DNA of 64,000 nucleotides from Longimicrobiales bacterium (GCA_965219445.1 CBDCNQ010000005.1:160001-224000); one strand, 5' to 3'. Positions 9,702 through 19,917 are shown, counted from the first letter of the stretch. Notes: a model not told the origin generated them from the sequence alone. Numbers and translations are program-made.

Positions 9702-10451
9702 CTAGGCGGCGTCCTCGATCGCCAGGAAACCCACCGTAACGTTGTCTGGGGCACCCCGCTCATGGGCGATGGCCACGAGCTCGGCTGATTTTTCGTCGAG
9801 TCCGGGTACCGTCAGGCCCTGCAGGGTTGCTTCTATTTCACTGTCGGTCATCAACCCCGCAAGGCCGTCGCTACAGAGTAGGAAGATGTCGCCGTCCAAC
9901 GCATCTCCCTGGAATATGTCCACTTCTACTTTTCCCGCAGTGCCCACCGCCCGATTGATGAGATGGCCGAGAGGGTGATCAGCGATCGACGATGGAGAAA
10001 TCGCTCCTGATTCCAACAAATCCTGGACCACCGTGTGGTCCCGTGTGATCCGCCGGAGCTCTCCATCACGGAACACATATCCGCGACTGTCACCGACTTG
10101 GCCGATAACCCAGGCTCCGGATTCCCCGTCGAGCGAAAGCGCGGTTACGGTCGTACCCATCCCTTCGCGTGCCGGGTCAGCGACGGCGGCTTCCCAGACC
10201 TTCAGGTTCGCTAAGGAGACCGCCTCGGCCATTCGGTCGCCCGGCTCTCCGTCCGATCCTTCGGTAGAGGTCAAGTGCGCTTGGATAACCTCCGCCGCCA
10301 GCGCGGATGCGTGTTCTCCTCCGGGCCGTCCGCCCATCCCGTCCGCAACGATCACAACGCCCTTCGCGGGATCGAGAAGAAGTGTGTCCTCGTTCTGGCT
10401 TCGCCCGAGTCCGGTATCGGAGACGCCGCCGGTTTTCCATTGGAGTGTCAA
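9702..10451 (-). CDS. PP2C-family Ser/Thr protein phosphatase
   Basis: SDTG..R..NED, VADGMGG, GMGTT, VGDSR, LLCSDGL, DNVT; TTG start with GGAG upstream. Confidence 0.9.
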   Translation of the reverse strand: MTLQWKTGGVSDTGLGRSQNEDTLLLDPAKGVVIVADGMGGRPGGEHASALAAEVIQAHLTSTEGSDGEPGDRMAEAVSLANLKVWEAAVADPAREGMGTTVTALSLDGESGAWVIGQVGDSRGYVFRDGELRRITRDHTVVQDLLESGAISPSSIADHPLGHLINRAVGTAGKVEVDIFQGDALDGDIFLLCSDGLAGLMTDSEIEATLQGLTVPGLDEKSAELVAIAHERGAPDNVTVGFLAIEDAA

Positions 10452-10773
10452 AAGGGCTCCATGCCTGAAGGTCGGGAAGCCGAAGCTAGGGTCGGGAGAT
10501 ACCGTTGCGCAAAGTTCTTGGAAGTTCGGTATCTCGTCCGCCGTATCGAGCCGGGAACAGCTCACATACAGGGGGTTACGATGAGGTACTTGTCCACTAC
10601 GGCGCTTGGCTGGGACGCCGTGTCGGGTCACTGGTGCAAGACGTCATATGAAACATCTGGACAAGGTCAGAGTAAACATATATGTTTCATGGCTAATGAT
10701 TTTACACTAGCTAAAATCACGGCAGAAACGTTGTTACGACTTCAAACCTGAACAGGTTAGGAGATGGATTCCG

Positions 10774-11673
10774 ATGGCTACGGGCGCCACGCAAAGGAAG
10801 CGTAAGGGTCGTGGGAACCCCCTCGCCGGTTTCGACGCCAGCATCGAGGAGAAGACGGCTCTCGATCAGTATTTGAGGGATGTCAGCCGGCACGAGCTCA
10901 TTACGCCGGACAAGGAAAAGGAGTTGGGCGCCCTTGCCCAGAAGGGCGACCAGGACGCCATCCAGGAGTTGGCCCGCGCCAATCTTCGATTCGTCATCAG
11001 TGTGGCGAAGAAGTATCAGAACCGGGGCGTTGCCCTCACGGACCTGATTCAGGAAGGGAATGTCGGGCTGGTCACTGCGGCTCGGAAGTTCGATCCAGAA
11101 CAGGGCGTGAAGTTCATCAGCTACGCCGTATGGTGGATCCGGCAGGCCATTCTCGCCTCGCTTGCGAACCACGGCCGTGCTGTTCGTGTTCCGCTCAACC
11201 GTGCTTCTGATTTGGCGCGCATCTTTCGCGAGAAGGAGCGCCTCAAGCAGGAGTTGAACCGGGAGCCCACGTCCGAAGAATTGAGTGGTGCGACGGATCT
11301 GACGCCGGAGTTGATCGAATCGCTGCAGACTCTCAACGCGGCCGAGATTCGGTTGGATGCGCCTATCGGCGATAGCGAGGACTCTCAGCTCGTGGAGCGC
11401 TTCATTTCCGAAGAGGCTGCAGAGCCGGAGCAGGACGTCGAGAGCAGGCTTTTGACTGAGACGGTGGAGTCGGCGTTGACACTGCTCGAAGCTCGGGACG
11501 CCAAGGTGTTGCGCCTGTATTTCGGGCTCGAGGGAGAGCGCGAACACACGTTGGAGGAGATCGGCAATATGCTCGGCGTTACACGTGAACGTATTCGCCA
11601 GCTCCGCGATCGTGCGCTTCGGCGGCTCCGTGAGGGTGGTAAGGGAGAAGCGCTGGGGTCTTTCGCCGCGTGA
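10774..11673 (+). CDS. RNA polymerase sigma-70 factor, RpoD/RpoS-like, lacking region 1.1
   Basis: NLRFVISVAKKY, DLIQEGNVGL, KFISYAVWWIRQAI, TLEEIG...VTRERIRQ. Confidence 0.93.
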   Translation: MATGATQRKRKGRGNPLAGFDASIEEKTALDQYLRDVSRHELITPDKEKELGALAQKGDQDAIQELARANLRFVISVAKKYQNRGVALTDLIQEGNVGLVTAARKFDPEQGVKFISYAVWWIRQAILASLANHGRAVRVPLNRASDLARIFREKERLKQELNREPTSEELSGATDLTPELIESLQTLNAAEIRLDAPIGDSEDSQLVERFISEEAAEPEQDVESRLLTETVESALTLLEARDAKVLRLYFGLEGEREHTLEEIGNMLGVTRERIRQLRDRALRRLREGGKGEALGSFAA

Positions 11674-11688
11674 CGTTCAGCGAGGGAT

Positions 11689-11741
11689 GCCCCGCTCCCC
11701 GTGAGGCCGAAGGTCTTCGCGGGGGGCGGGGCTTTTTTTTT
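11689..11741 (+). terminator. Intrinsic terminator
   Basis: Long GC stem gccccgc...gcggggc followed by T9, 16 bp after the sigma stop. Confidence 0.85.
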
Positions 11742-11767
11742 GTCGAATGGCTGGGCTGTAGAGCATC

Positions 11768-12667
11768 GTGAACGGGATGGTTCGCCGTGTCGCGGGCGGT
11801 GTCTACACGGTGGCCCTCGAGTCGGGTGAGATCCTCGGGGCTTCTCTGAGGGGTCGGCTCAAGCTCGAGAAACGAGAGGGGGATCAGGTGGTGATCGGTG
11901 ACCGAGTTCGTGTCGAGTTGATCGACGAGGGGACTCACGTCATCGAGGAAGTGCTTCCAAGGGAGACTACCATTACGCGTAGCCGCTTCGGCGGCCGGAC
12001 GATCAAGGTTCTCGTTGCCAACGCCGATCGCCTGCTCGTCGTGATGGCGGCTGCCCAGCCGAAGCCCCACCGCGATCTGATCGACCGTCTTCTTGTTGTA
12101 GGCGAGTCGGGTGGCGTCCCCCCGGTGATCGTGTTGAACAAGATGGACGTCGACGGTGCCGCCGAACTGGCCAAAGAACTCGAAGACGTATACCTGCCGC
12201 TCGGATATGACCTGCTGCGGGTCAGTGCAGTTTCAGGCGAAGGCATGGATCGGCTTTCCGAACAGCTCTGTGAGGGGATCGCCGCGCTCGCCGGCCCGTC
12301 TGGCGTCGGAAAGTCGAGTCTCGTGAACGCACTCGAGCCGGAGCACGCGCTCAGGACCGGCGAGCTCAGCAGGAAGCGCGGCACGGGCCGGCACACGACC
12401 GTGAGCTCCAGTCTCATCCAACTCCGTTGCGGAGGATTGGTAGCCGATACACCGGGGTTCAGTGACGTGGGAGTTTGGGGAGTATCGAGGGAGGAGCTGG
12501 ACCGCTGTTTCCCGGAGCTCCGAGCCTTGATGCCCTCCTGCCGTTTCAGGGAGTGCAGCCATCTCCACGAGCCCGACTGCGCCGTACTGCAAGGGTTGGA
12601 TGAGGGCGCCATCGATCCGGGTCGGTTCCAGAGCTACCGAACCCTGTATGAGGAGTCAGCGGCTTGA
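11768..12667 (+). CDS. rsgA: Ribosome small subunit-dependent GTPase A
   Basis: NKMD, GPSGVGKSSL, GRHTT, DTPG, CRFRECSHLHEPDC zinc finger. Confidence 0.96.
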   Translation: MNGMVRRVAGGVYTVALESGEILGASLRGRLKLEKREGDQVVIGDRVRVELIDEGTHVIEEVLPRETTITRSRFGGRTIKVLVANADRLLVVMAAAQPKPHRDLIDRLLVVGESGGVPPVIVLNKMDVDGAAELAKELEDVYLPLGYDLLRVSAVSGEGMDRLSEQLCEGIAALAGPSGVGKSSLVNALEPEHALRTGELSRKRGTGRHTTVSSSLIQLRCGGLVADTPGFSDVGVWGVSREELDRCFPELRALMPSCRFRECSHLHEPDCAVLQGLDEGAIDPGRFQSYRTLYEESAA

Positions 12668-13561
12668 TCCTGAGCCGGAGGCGTCATCCCAATGAGTCGG
12701 GTGGGAAGCGGTGGAAAGCGGTGTGACATGAGGTACGCCCGTGGCTGGGTCGTCTCTGACCGATATGGGCCACCCGTATACACGCTGAAGCGTTTCTTCC
12801 TGTAGGACCTCTCGTGGTTCACCCTCGGCGGCGACTCTTCCCCGATCCAAGAGCAGCAATCGGTCCGCGAAGCGAGCGGCGAGATCGAGGTGGTGTGTGA
12901 TGAGGAAAATGGTCATCCCACGGTCGGCCGACGCTCTGAGCAGCTCCAGAATTTCCATCTCGTGCCGGACGTCGAGGCTCGCTGTGGGTTCATCCAGGAC
13001 CAGTATGTTCGGTTCCTGTGCGAGCGCCCGAGCCACTCTCGTTCGCTGGATCTCACCGCCGGACAATGTGGAGAGGAAGCGATGCGCCAGGGGCTCGACG
13101 TCGCACATCCGCATCGCCTCCGATATGGCCTCTCTGTCAGTCGGCGTCTCGGACCGGAGGGCACCCAAATAGGGGTAGCGGCCCATCGCCACGACTTCCC
13201 TCACGGTGATGGGAAAGGTGACGGACTCCGACTGCGTGACGACCCCGGCTTCCCGAGCCAACGCTCGCCGATCCCAATCCGAGATGAGCCGCCCAGAAAT
13301 GTGGGCTCGACCCGAAGCGTGCGACACCATGCCGAGGAGCGCCCTGAGCAACGTCGATTTCCCCGAGCCATTCGGGCCCAAAACGGCGTAGAAGCTGCCG
13401 CGCGGCACAACCATGGTCACCTGGTCGAGTGCGGGCTCGGGTGCACTCGGATAGTGGACCGTCAGTTCGGTTGCCTCGAGGGCTGCGGACCCCGTGAGCT
13501 CGATCGCCTCAGGAGCCGCGGATTCCTTCGATCCGGTGGGTGCTATGGATTCCGTCGACAC
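12656..13561 (-). CDS. ABC transporter ATP-binding protein (FepC/BtuD-type)
   Basis: GPNGSGKST, LSGGE, LVLDEPT, H-loop. Confidence 0.92.
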   Translation of the reverse strand: MSTESIAPTGSKESAAPEAIELTGSAALEATELTVHYPSAPEPALDQVTMVVPRGSFYAVLGPNGSGKSTLLRALLGMVSHASGRAHISGRLISDWDRRALAREAGVVTQSESVTFPITVREVVAMGRYPYLGALRSETPTDREAISEAMRMCDVEPLAHRFLSTLSGGEIQRTRVARALAQEPNILVLDEPTASLDVRHEMEILELLRASADRGMTIFLITHHLDLAARFADRLLLLDRGRVAAEGEPREVLQEETLQRVYGWPISVRDDPATGVPHVTPLSTASHPTHWDDASGSGSSR

Positions 13562-14575
13562 TTACGATCCGGTCCCGGTATCGGGCCGGGCCCCCAAACT
13601 GCGCCGAAGGAGAAGAAGGAAGAGTGGGACTCCTACAAACGCGGTGATGACACCGATTGGCACCTCGGCGGGCGACAGGATGGTACGTGCTGCCACGTCC
13701 GCCAGGGTGAGAAACACGGCTCCCGCGAGGAATGAAAGCGGAAGGAGGACGCGGTAGTCTGCACCCACCAAGAGGCGGACGCCGTGGGGCACGATCAGCC
13801 CCACAAAGCCGATGACCCCTGTTGCCGCCACTCCGGCGGCGGTTAGGAGCGACCCCAGGACGTAAGCGGCGCGTTTGACACGCTCCACGTTGGCTCCGAG
13901 ATAGCCTGCGGTCTCCTCGCCGATCGCCAGGAGGTTCAGCGGTCGAGCCAGACCCACGAGCAAGACAGCCGCTGGCAGCGTGTACAGCGTGACCATCGAT
14001 ACTGTGCGCCAGTCGGCGCCCGCGAGGCTGCCCATCATCCAGAGGACGGTGCTGCGCACCGTCCGTGCGTCCGAGACCGAGAGCACGAAGGACATGCAGG
14101 CCGTGAAGAAGGCGCCAACGACCACGCCAGCCAGGAGCAGGACGCGCACGTCCACACCGTCGTCGGGCGTAGCGGCGACCCTCAGCACGAGAACGATCGC
14201 GAGCAGGGCTCCCGTGAAGGCTGCCGCCGGGAGGGCCCAGGAGAGTGAGGCCGTCAGGCCCATCGCAAGGGCGAGAACAGCTCCGGTGGCAGCTCCCCCC
14301 GAGATCCCGAGGATGTAGGGCTCGGCAAGTGGATTGCGAAGCAGGGCCTGGAAAACGGCTCCTGCGAGCGAGAGCCCACCTCCGACCAGGATGGCCATCA
14401 CGGCTCGGGGGGCGCGGAGATCCACTACAATCCGCCGAACATTGAGGTCTCCCTCCCCACGCAGAGCCGCAAATACCTCGCCGGTCGTAAGGCCCACCGA
14501 GCCGAGGCGGATGCTGATCAGGAAGACCACGAACACGGCGAGACCCAATAACGCGGCCCAGGCGAGGGGCCTCAT
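13562..14575 (-). CDS. FecCD/BtuC-family ABC permease
   Basis: LRAPR, QALLRNPLAEPYILG, GVIGFVGLIVPH, EVPIGVIT. Confidence 0.93.
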   Translation of the reverse strand: MRPLAWAALLGLAVFVVFLISIRLGSVGLTTGEVFAALRGEGDLNVRRIVVDLRAPRAVMAILVGGGLSLAGAVFQALLRNPLAEPYILGISGGAATGAVLALAMGLTASLSWALPAAAFTGALLAIVLVLRVAATPDDGVDVRVLLLAGVVVGAFFTACMSFVLSVSDARTVRSTVLWMMGSLAGADWRTVSMVTLYTLPAAVLLVGLARPLNLLAIGEETAGYLGANVERVKRAAYVLGSLLTAAGVAATGVIGFVGLIVPHGVRLLVGADYRVLLPLSFLAGAVFLTLADVAARTILSPAEVPIGVITAFVGVPLFLLLLRRSLGARPDTGTGS

Positions 14576-15468
14576 CGGGGACCTTCGTCGAAGGCTCCAG
14601 GATGAATCAGGCGCGCAATGTCTCGAGCGGCCTGTCCGAGCCCCGGTCCGGGAATCTCTACGGACGCGGGCAGCATGACGCTCGGCACGTGAGCGAGTGG
14701 AGGAGGCTGTGTCAGTCCGCTGGAAAGGAGGATCAGGTCTAGGTCCCGATCGAGGAGGGCCTCCATACTCACCGGAGCGTACAGCGGGCCCAGGTCGTCG
14801 AAAACGTTTTCTCCGCCCGCGACCGCCATGAGCTCATCGATGTACGTACCCGGGCCGGCAACCCAAGGTGGATCGCCACCGAGGATGTATGCTACGCGGG
14901 GCGCGCGAAGCGCGGCCACGCGTCGAGCCACGTCGTCGAGATCCTCTCGGATCTCATCGAGCATCGCCTCGGCGGCGTCTGACGCACCCATGACCCTTCC
15001 GAGGTCGCGAATGATGCTCAGAACATCCTCCACGCCGTCGGGCTGAACGGCGAAGTGGGGAATCCCCAACTCCGTCATTCGTTCAGCCGTGGCCAGGTCG
15101 GAATCACCGGCGAAGCGGATCACAAGGTCGAGATCGAGAGAAACCAGGATCTCCAGGTTCGGCTGGAGGCCGCCCCCTACCGAAGGCAGATCGACTAGCT
15201 CCGGCACCCGGTCGTAATCCGTTCTGCCGACCAGGTGGTCGGCCAGGCCCATCGCCAAGAGTGCCTCTGTGGCCGACGGAACCAGGGAGACCATCCTCCG
15301 GGGGGCCGCCTCGAACGTGTGACGCGTGCCGGCGTCGTCGACCAGCTGGACTGGGTAACTCGCCTTCGCTGCCCCGGGATCGTCAGTGCCGGCGGGGACC
15401 TGATCGCCAGGGAACGCCTCGCAGCCGACCAGCGTCGCTACGAGGAACCAGTTGATCGACCAACGCAT
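14572..15468 (-). CDS. Cobalamin/iron-siderophore-binding lipoprotein (BtuF-like)
   Basis: Lipobox LVGC; PRRMVSLVPSATE; PNLE; GPGTYIDEL; PGP. Confidence 0.88.
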   Translation of the reverse strand: MRWSINWFLVATLVGCEAFPGDQVPAGTDDPGAAKASYPVQLVDDAGTRHTFEAAPRRMVSLVPSATEALLAMGLADHLVGRTDYDRVPELVDLPSVGGGLQPNLEILVSLDLDLVIRFAGDSDLATAERMTELGIPHFAVQPDGVEDVLSIIRDLGRVMGASDAAEAMLDEIREDLDDVARRVAALRAPRVAYILGGDPPWVAGPGTYIDELMAVAGGENVFDDLGPLYAPVSMEALLDRDLDLILLSSGLTQPPPLAHVPSVMLPASVEIPGPGLGQAARDIARLIHPGAFDEGPR

Positions 15469-15534
15469 GCCTCGGTCGCCTAGAAGGCTGTTGAAGGAGT
15501 ACACTGGGCCGCTTCAGCAGCCTTCATCACGGCG

Positions 15535-16548
15535 TCAGCGGGCCAGCTCTGAAGACCTGGCCGGAAGCCCACATGGGTCGCGGTACTCCTCTACCCAAGA
15601 GCCTCCGCGCCGACCCAGCGTGGAGAGCCACATGGAGTCCTCGCCCATGACCTCGAGCACCATTTCGTCGCTTCCGTCGCCGTCGATGTCCAGGTGGTCG
15701 AAGTAGCGTGCGGAACCCTTCCCATCCCGGGAGAACAATCGGTAGTCCGCATACGTACCTCTGTACCCCGTCCCGTCATCGTCATCAGAGGCGAGGAAGA
15801 CGGAGTATGCTCCACGCGCCGGTTGCCCCACGCTGAGCTCGTCGGCGTATACGAACGTTGCGACAACGGTGGGCGCCCCTCCGGGCCGCGCCCGAAACGC
15901 CTGGACGTCCTGCCGGATGCCGAGGACGGATGCAGGCCATAGTGCACCGACGGTGGGAATGACCTGCTGCATGGTGTTGAGTGAGGTCACCCTCAGGTCC
16001 CTCGTCGGGACGACCGGAGAGTAGGTGCCGAACGGGAACGCGCTCCCTTCTTGAGTTGGGAGGGCGAGAAACGTCTGGACGGTCGAAGCGGACGGCGTCA
16101 ACTCGATCGGGCCCCGGATCTGGGGTCGCACTCTGCAATATCGCTCGTCTACCGAGAACCTCTCGGCGGTCAATCTCCCCACGCGGGCGCCGTCGGAAAA
16201 CAGCGTGAATTCCAGCCCAGGTGAAAGATGTTCGACCGTGAACGATCTGCTCGCCTGGGGGGACCCGGAGCCCTCGAGGGGGAACACACCGTTGGGCCGG
16301 ATCTCTGCCACGGCCACGAGGGTCGCTTCGCCTCCGGCTCGGTGACCCAGGTAGAGGACCGGACCGATCGATGGGCCGTCCGAAACGGTGCTCTCGACGA
16401 CCTCTGCCGCCTCAGGTGAGGAGTCGGAAACCAGGCTATCGGACAGCGAACTCAGTCCCAGCTCCACGCCTCCCCATTCTACGTTGTCGCAGCCTGTAGC
16501 GACGATTACAATCCCGAGCAGCGGAATCCTTTGGAGGGCTGAGTTCAT
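15535..16548 (-). CDS. Hypothetical lipoprotein
   Basis: Lipobox ATGC; DIDGDGSDE Ca-binding/FG-GAP-like motif near the C-terminus. Confidence 0.7.
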   Translation of the reverse strand: MNSALQRIPLLGIVIVATGCDNVEWGGVELGLSSLSDSLVSDSSPEAAEVVESTVSDGPSIGPVLYLGHRAGGEATLVAVAEIRPNGVFPLEGSGSPQASRSFTVEHLSPGLEFTLFSDGARVGRLTAERFSVDERYCRVRPQIRGPIELTPSASTVQTFLALPTQEGSAFPFGTYSPVVPTRDLRVTSLNTMQQVIPTVGALWPASVLGIRQDVQAFRARPGGAPTVVATFVYADELSVGQPARGAYSVFLASDDDDGTGYRGTYADYRLFSRDGKGSARYFDHLDIDGDGSDEMVLEVMGEDSMWLSTLGRRGGSWVEEYRDPCGLPARSSELAR

Positions 16549-16638
16549 GGAGAAAAGCTATCTCGGCCTACCGGGGAAATCAAAGGCGCCGATTCATGGT
16601 CGCTCGGTAGGTCATAGCGGGAGGCAGGGGAGTCGGGT

Positions 16639-17289
16639 GTGCCGTTGAGGAAGGGATTGGGGTGGGCACCGGCGTTCGTCGCCGGATTCGCGGCTGGGGC
16701 ATCGGGAACCGTGGCCGTCGCTCTTCTGCTGTACTCGGGAGAGGGACTGCTCAGATCGCTGACGCTGATCGTGGCGATCGAGCTCGGGGCTTTCGGTCTG
16801 GGCCTGGGGATGAGCGGGCGGCCAAGGGAGTGGAGCCATGCGGTGGAGTCGCTTCGGAGACGCTGGCTTTCTGCACTCGTAGCCTTCCTCGCCGCCGCCG
16901 GATATGCACTCGCGTGGGTGCTCTTTACCGGCTTTGGAGCGTCACCGATGACACAGGCGCTTGGACTCGCCCTGCTCGCCGGTTTTCCGCTCTATGCATG
17001 CGGCCGTCTCTTGAGAGCCATAAGCACCGTGCGAATGATGGCGGGGCCGACGGGTGACGGCGCGCTCGGTGCTCTCGGCGCCGCCGCCGGTGTGCTGGTG
17101 ACCGGCCTCGGTGCTCTCTCGGGCATCGGAGTGCCTTCCTTTGTATTCTTCCTACTGGTCATTCTTTCCGGGGCCGCACTTCTTCAAGGTTGGGTCCTGA
17201 AGCCTATCGAGGAGAGTATCGGGACGGTCCAGGCCGCGGACTCCGACCCCTCCGAAGCGCTCCAAGCAGGCGAGCCCGAGACGTTGTGA
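16639..17289 (+). CDS. Hypothetical multi-pass membrane protein
   Basis: About six hydrophobic segments; GTGA overlap with the next gene. Confidence 0.7.
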   Translation: MPLRKGLGWAPAFVAGFAAGASGTVAVALLLYSGEGLLRSLTLIVAIELGAFGLGLGMSGRPREWSHAVESLRRRWLSALVAFLAAAGYALAWVLFTGFGASPMTQALGLALLAGFPLYACGRLLRAISTVRMMAGPTGDGALGALGAAAGVLVTGLGALSGIGVPSFVFFLLVILSGAALLQGWVLKPIEESIGTVQAADSDPSEALQAGEPETL

Positions 17290-18365
17290 TCATCGCTCAC
17301 CTCTCAGATCTACACTTAGGGTATCGGGCGTTCGGACATATCGAGCAGGGCAGGAATGTCCGAGAGACCGATGTGGCGCGTGTATTCCACGAGGCCATCC
17401 AGAGGGTCCTTGAAACCGCACCGGCTGTGGTTCTCATCGCCGGTGACGTGTTCGATCGGCCCGAACCACCGCACTCGGCGCTGGTAGCGCTCGCCCAGGG
17501 CCTGCGATCGTTGAGAGATGAACTCCCCGATACTCCCGTCCTAATGGCCGCCGGCGCACGGGACACACCGGCCGGTCCTGCGGATCCGGGGCCGCTCGGT
17601 ACGTTCGACACTCTGGCCGGCGTCGAGGCGGTCACTGCAACGACTCGGTCTGTCCACTACTCACGGTTGAATCTGAATGTCGTCCTCGTTCCCCACCGAT
17701 CGACGATCCGGGGACCCCCGCCCTTGGTCGTTCCGAACCCGGACGCGCGATGGAATGTGCTAGTGGGCTACGGATCGGTGGACCAGGAGGAGGGTGGGCT
17801 TCTCTCATTGGACTCGAATGATTGGGATTACGTGGCGCTGGGGCACGAACATTTCCGACGTGAGGTGGCTCCCGGAGTCCACTACGCCGGCTCCCTCGAG
17901 CGTGTAGGGCCTACGCCCTGGGAGGAGGCGGGCGAAGAGAAGGGTTTTCTGACGTGCGATCTCGAATCGGGGCAGGTTGACTTTCACCCGATCCACGGTC
18001 GTCCGGTCGTATCGCTGGAGCCGATCCCGTTCGAGCCGGGTCGGCCCGATCGGTTGAGGGAGCGAGTCCGGGAGGTACTCCTAGAGGTGCCAGGCGGCAT
18101 TGAAGAGAAGATTGTTCGGATTCGAATTCAGGGGCTACCGCCGGACCGATTGGACCTCCTCGACGGCGTGCTGCCCGAGTATAGGCGGCGTGCCCTACAC
18201 CTCGAGGTGCAGCTCGATGACGAGCCGTTGGGGCACGTCTCCCAGGAGATCCAGCCGTCCAAGCGGTTGGCTTCCAAACTCGTCGAGAGTCTTGCGGGCG
18301 GGGAGGACGATTTCGAGGCCCTCCTCGAGTTGGTGGAGGACTGTCTCCCCGAACGTCAGGGGTAG
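17286..18365 (+). CDS. SbcD/Mre11-like metallophosphoesterase (motifs III and IV degenerate)
   Basis: SDLHLG, AGDVFD, WDYVALGHEH, YAGSLE, EKGF; GNHD replaced by GARD. Confidence 0.82.
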   Translation: MIIAHLSDLHLGYRAFGHIEQGRNVRETDVARVFHEAIQRVLETAPAVVLIAGDVFDRPEPPHSALVALAQGLRSLRDELPDTPVLMAAGARDTPAGPADPGPLGTFDTLAGVEAVTATTRSVHYSRLNLNVVLVPHRSTIRGPPPLVVPNPDARWNVLVGYGSVDQEEGGLLSLDSNDWDYVALGHEHFRREVAPGVHYAGSLERVGPTPWEEAGEEKGFLTCDLESGQVDFHPIHGRPVVSLEPIPFEPGRPDRLRERVREVLLEVPGGIEEKIVRIRIQGLPPDRLDLLDGVLPEYRRRALHLEVQLDDEPLGHVSQEIQPSKRLASKLVESLAGGEDDFEALLELVEDCLPERQG

Positions 18366-18396
18366 TGTGGTGTCCAATAAAGTGTGCGAGTGAAGT

Positions 18397-19839
18397 GTGC
18401 GAGTGGCAGCGACGCTCGTGTGGGAGGGAAGCGTGGACTCCGTTGATACGGGCACGGCAGAGGCGAAAGAGGGACCGCTCGATCTTCAGCTCGGATCCGG
18501 GCTCACAGCCTTGGTCGGGGGCGACGGCTCTTTACGGAGCGAGGTCATGGAGCGGTTCGCTGCTCGTCTGGCCCAAGAAGATGAGCGCCTTCAGACGCTG
18601 ATTGCGGGGCCGGGCACGGTTGGGCCAGCACGCGCATGGCGCCGCGCGGTTCGCATTCTTGCGCAGTGGTCTGGCCTCCAGGGCGTGGACCAAGAGCTCG
18701 CTGACCTGACCCACGCGAGCTCCGTGGGCGGCGATCATTCATTACTGACGGACTCGGGCGTGGAGGGCCTCCGAGCACGGGTGCAGGAGTTGAAGCGCCT
18801 TCCCGAGGCACTTCGCCTCAAGACCCGCGAACTGCGACGACTGCGGGCGGATGCGGTCGAGGTGGGCGGGGATTTGGAGGTCGCGAACATGGAGTGGCTC
18901 CGCGAGCGACAGGATGCCGAGACGCACCTCCTCGCGTATCGAGACCGTGCCCGGGAGCTCAAGGTCCGCCTCCAGCAGCTCGAGGTGGGAGGCGAGGATA
19001 CGGCTTGCGCAACCTGCGAGCGGGTTCTTCGTGAGCGGTTCGAGTCCGTCCTGGAGGCGCTTCGCGAGGAATGGGAGTCCGTGGTGCAGGACGGGAGTTG
19101 GTGGAAACGCCGTAAGGACCAACTGGACTCGAAGCCCACCCATCTACAGGACTTCGAGGGCAAGTCCATACGTGTCCAGGCCATGATCGAGGCGTGCACT
19201 GAAGAGGTAGAACGGCTGAGGGCTCGATTGCCGGAGCTGACTGAAGCCGAAGACGCCCTCGCGATGGCCCATGTGGCCGAAGGTCCCTCGAAACGGGGTG
19301 GGGGTGAGGGCGCGGGACTCTCTTCGGGCCACTCCGATCTCCGTCGCCGTGCGTTGGAGGCCCTACGCCGAGAGCTCCTGTCCGACGCCCGCGAGGCGCT
19401 GACCGCCCGAACCGGCCGCTACCTGAATCATCTGAGCAGCGGTGGTGTGCTAGGCGTCGGCGTGACGGGCGACGGAGAGCCCACCATCGCTCGAGACGAG
19501 GGCGCTCGGAGGATCCACTCCGACGAAGAGGTGGCCGCGTATCTGTTCGCGCTACGGCTCGCGTTCGTCGACTTGGCGGCCGGTTGCGGGGTGCACGCCT
19601 CGGAGATTCTTTTCGGAGACACCTTCGATCGCCTCGAACCTGACGCCAAGTTGAGGGCGGTCGGACTCCTTCGGACGTTGCTCAGAAAAGTCCCGAAAAT
19701 CCTTCTCTTTTGCCGCGGCGAAATTCTCGACGCGACACCAGAATGGTTCGATTGGATCGTTGAATTGGGGGTCGACCGCCGTGGATCTCCCTTCGCCCGG
19801 GTGCAAAGAAGCGGAGTAGGGAAACTACAGATTCACTGA
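18397..19839 (+). CDS. Short SbcC/Rad50-like coiled-coil protein with degenerate ATPase motifs
   Basis: GLTALVGGDGSLRS at the Walker A position, coiled coil, central CATC zinc hook, FALRLA and ILFGDTFDRLE at the signature/Walker B region. Confidence 0.72.
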   Translation: MRVAATLVWEGSVDSVDTGTAEAKEGPLDLQLGSGLTALVGGDGSLRSEVMERFAARLAQEDERLQTLIAGPGTVGPARAWRRAVRILAQWSGLQGVDQELADLTHASSVGGDHSLLTDSGVEGLRARVQELKRLPEALRLKTRELRRLRADAVEVGGDLEVANMEWLRERQDAETHLLAYRDRARELKVRLQQLEVGGEDTACATCERVLRERFESVLEALREEWESVVQDGSWWKRRKDQLDSKPTHLQDFEGKSIRVQAMIEACTEEVERLRARLPELTEAEDALAMAHVAEGPSKRGGGEGAGLSSGHSDLRRRALEALRRELLSDAREALTARTGRYLNHLSSGGVLGVGVTGDGEPTIARDEGARRIHSDEEVAAYLFALRLAFVDLAAGCGVHASEILFGDTFDRLEPDAKLRAVGLLRTLLRKVPKILLFCRGEILDATPEWFDWIVELGVDRRGSPFARVQRSGVGKLQIH

Positions 19840-19855
19840 TGCCTCGGCCCTCGGC

Positions 19856-19910
19856 CGCAGCCTCCTACTTAGCTCCTACGGCAGCTCCTACGGCTAACTC
19901 CGCTACGGCA
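19856..19910. repeat. Short degenerate tandem repeat (ctcctacggc-like) between convergent genes
   Basis: gctcctacggcagctcctacggctaactccgctacggc. Confidence 0.6.
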
Positions 19911-19917
19911 ATCGGCT

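Noticed and set aside
15469..15534. Cobalamin riboswitch before the BtuF-like operon
   Set aside because: The intergenic space is too short and no B12-box was seen
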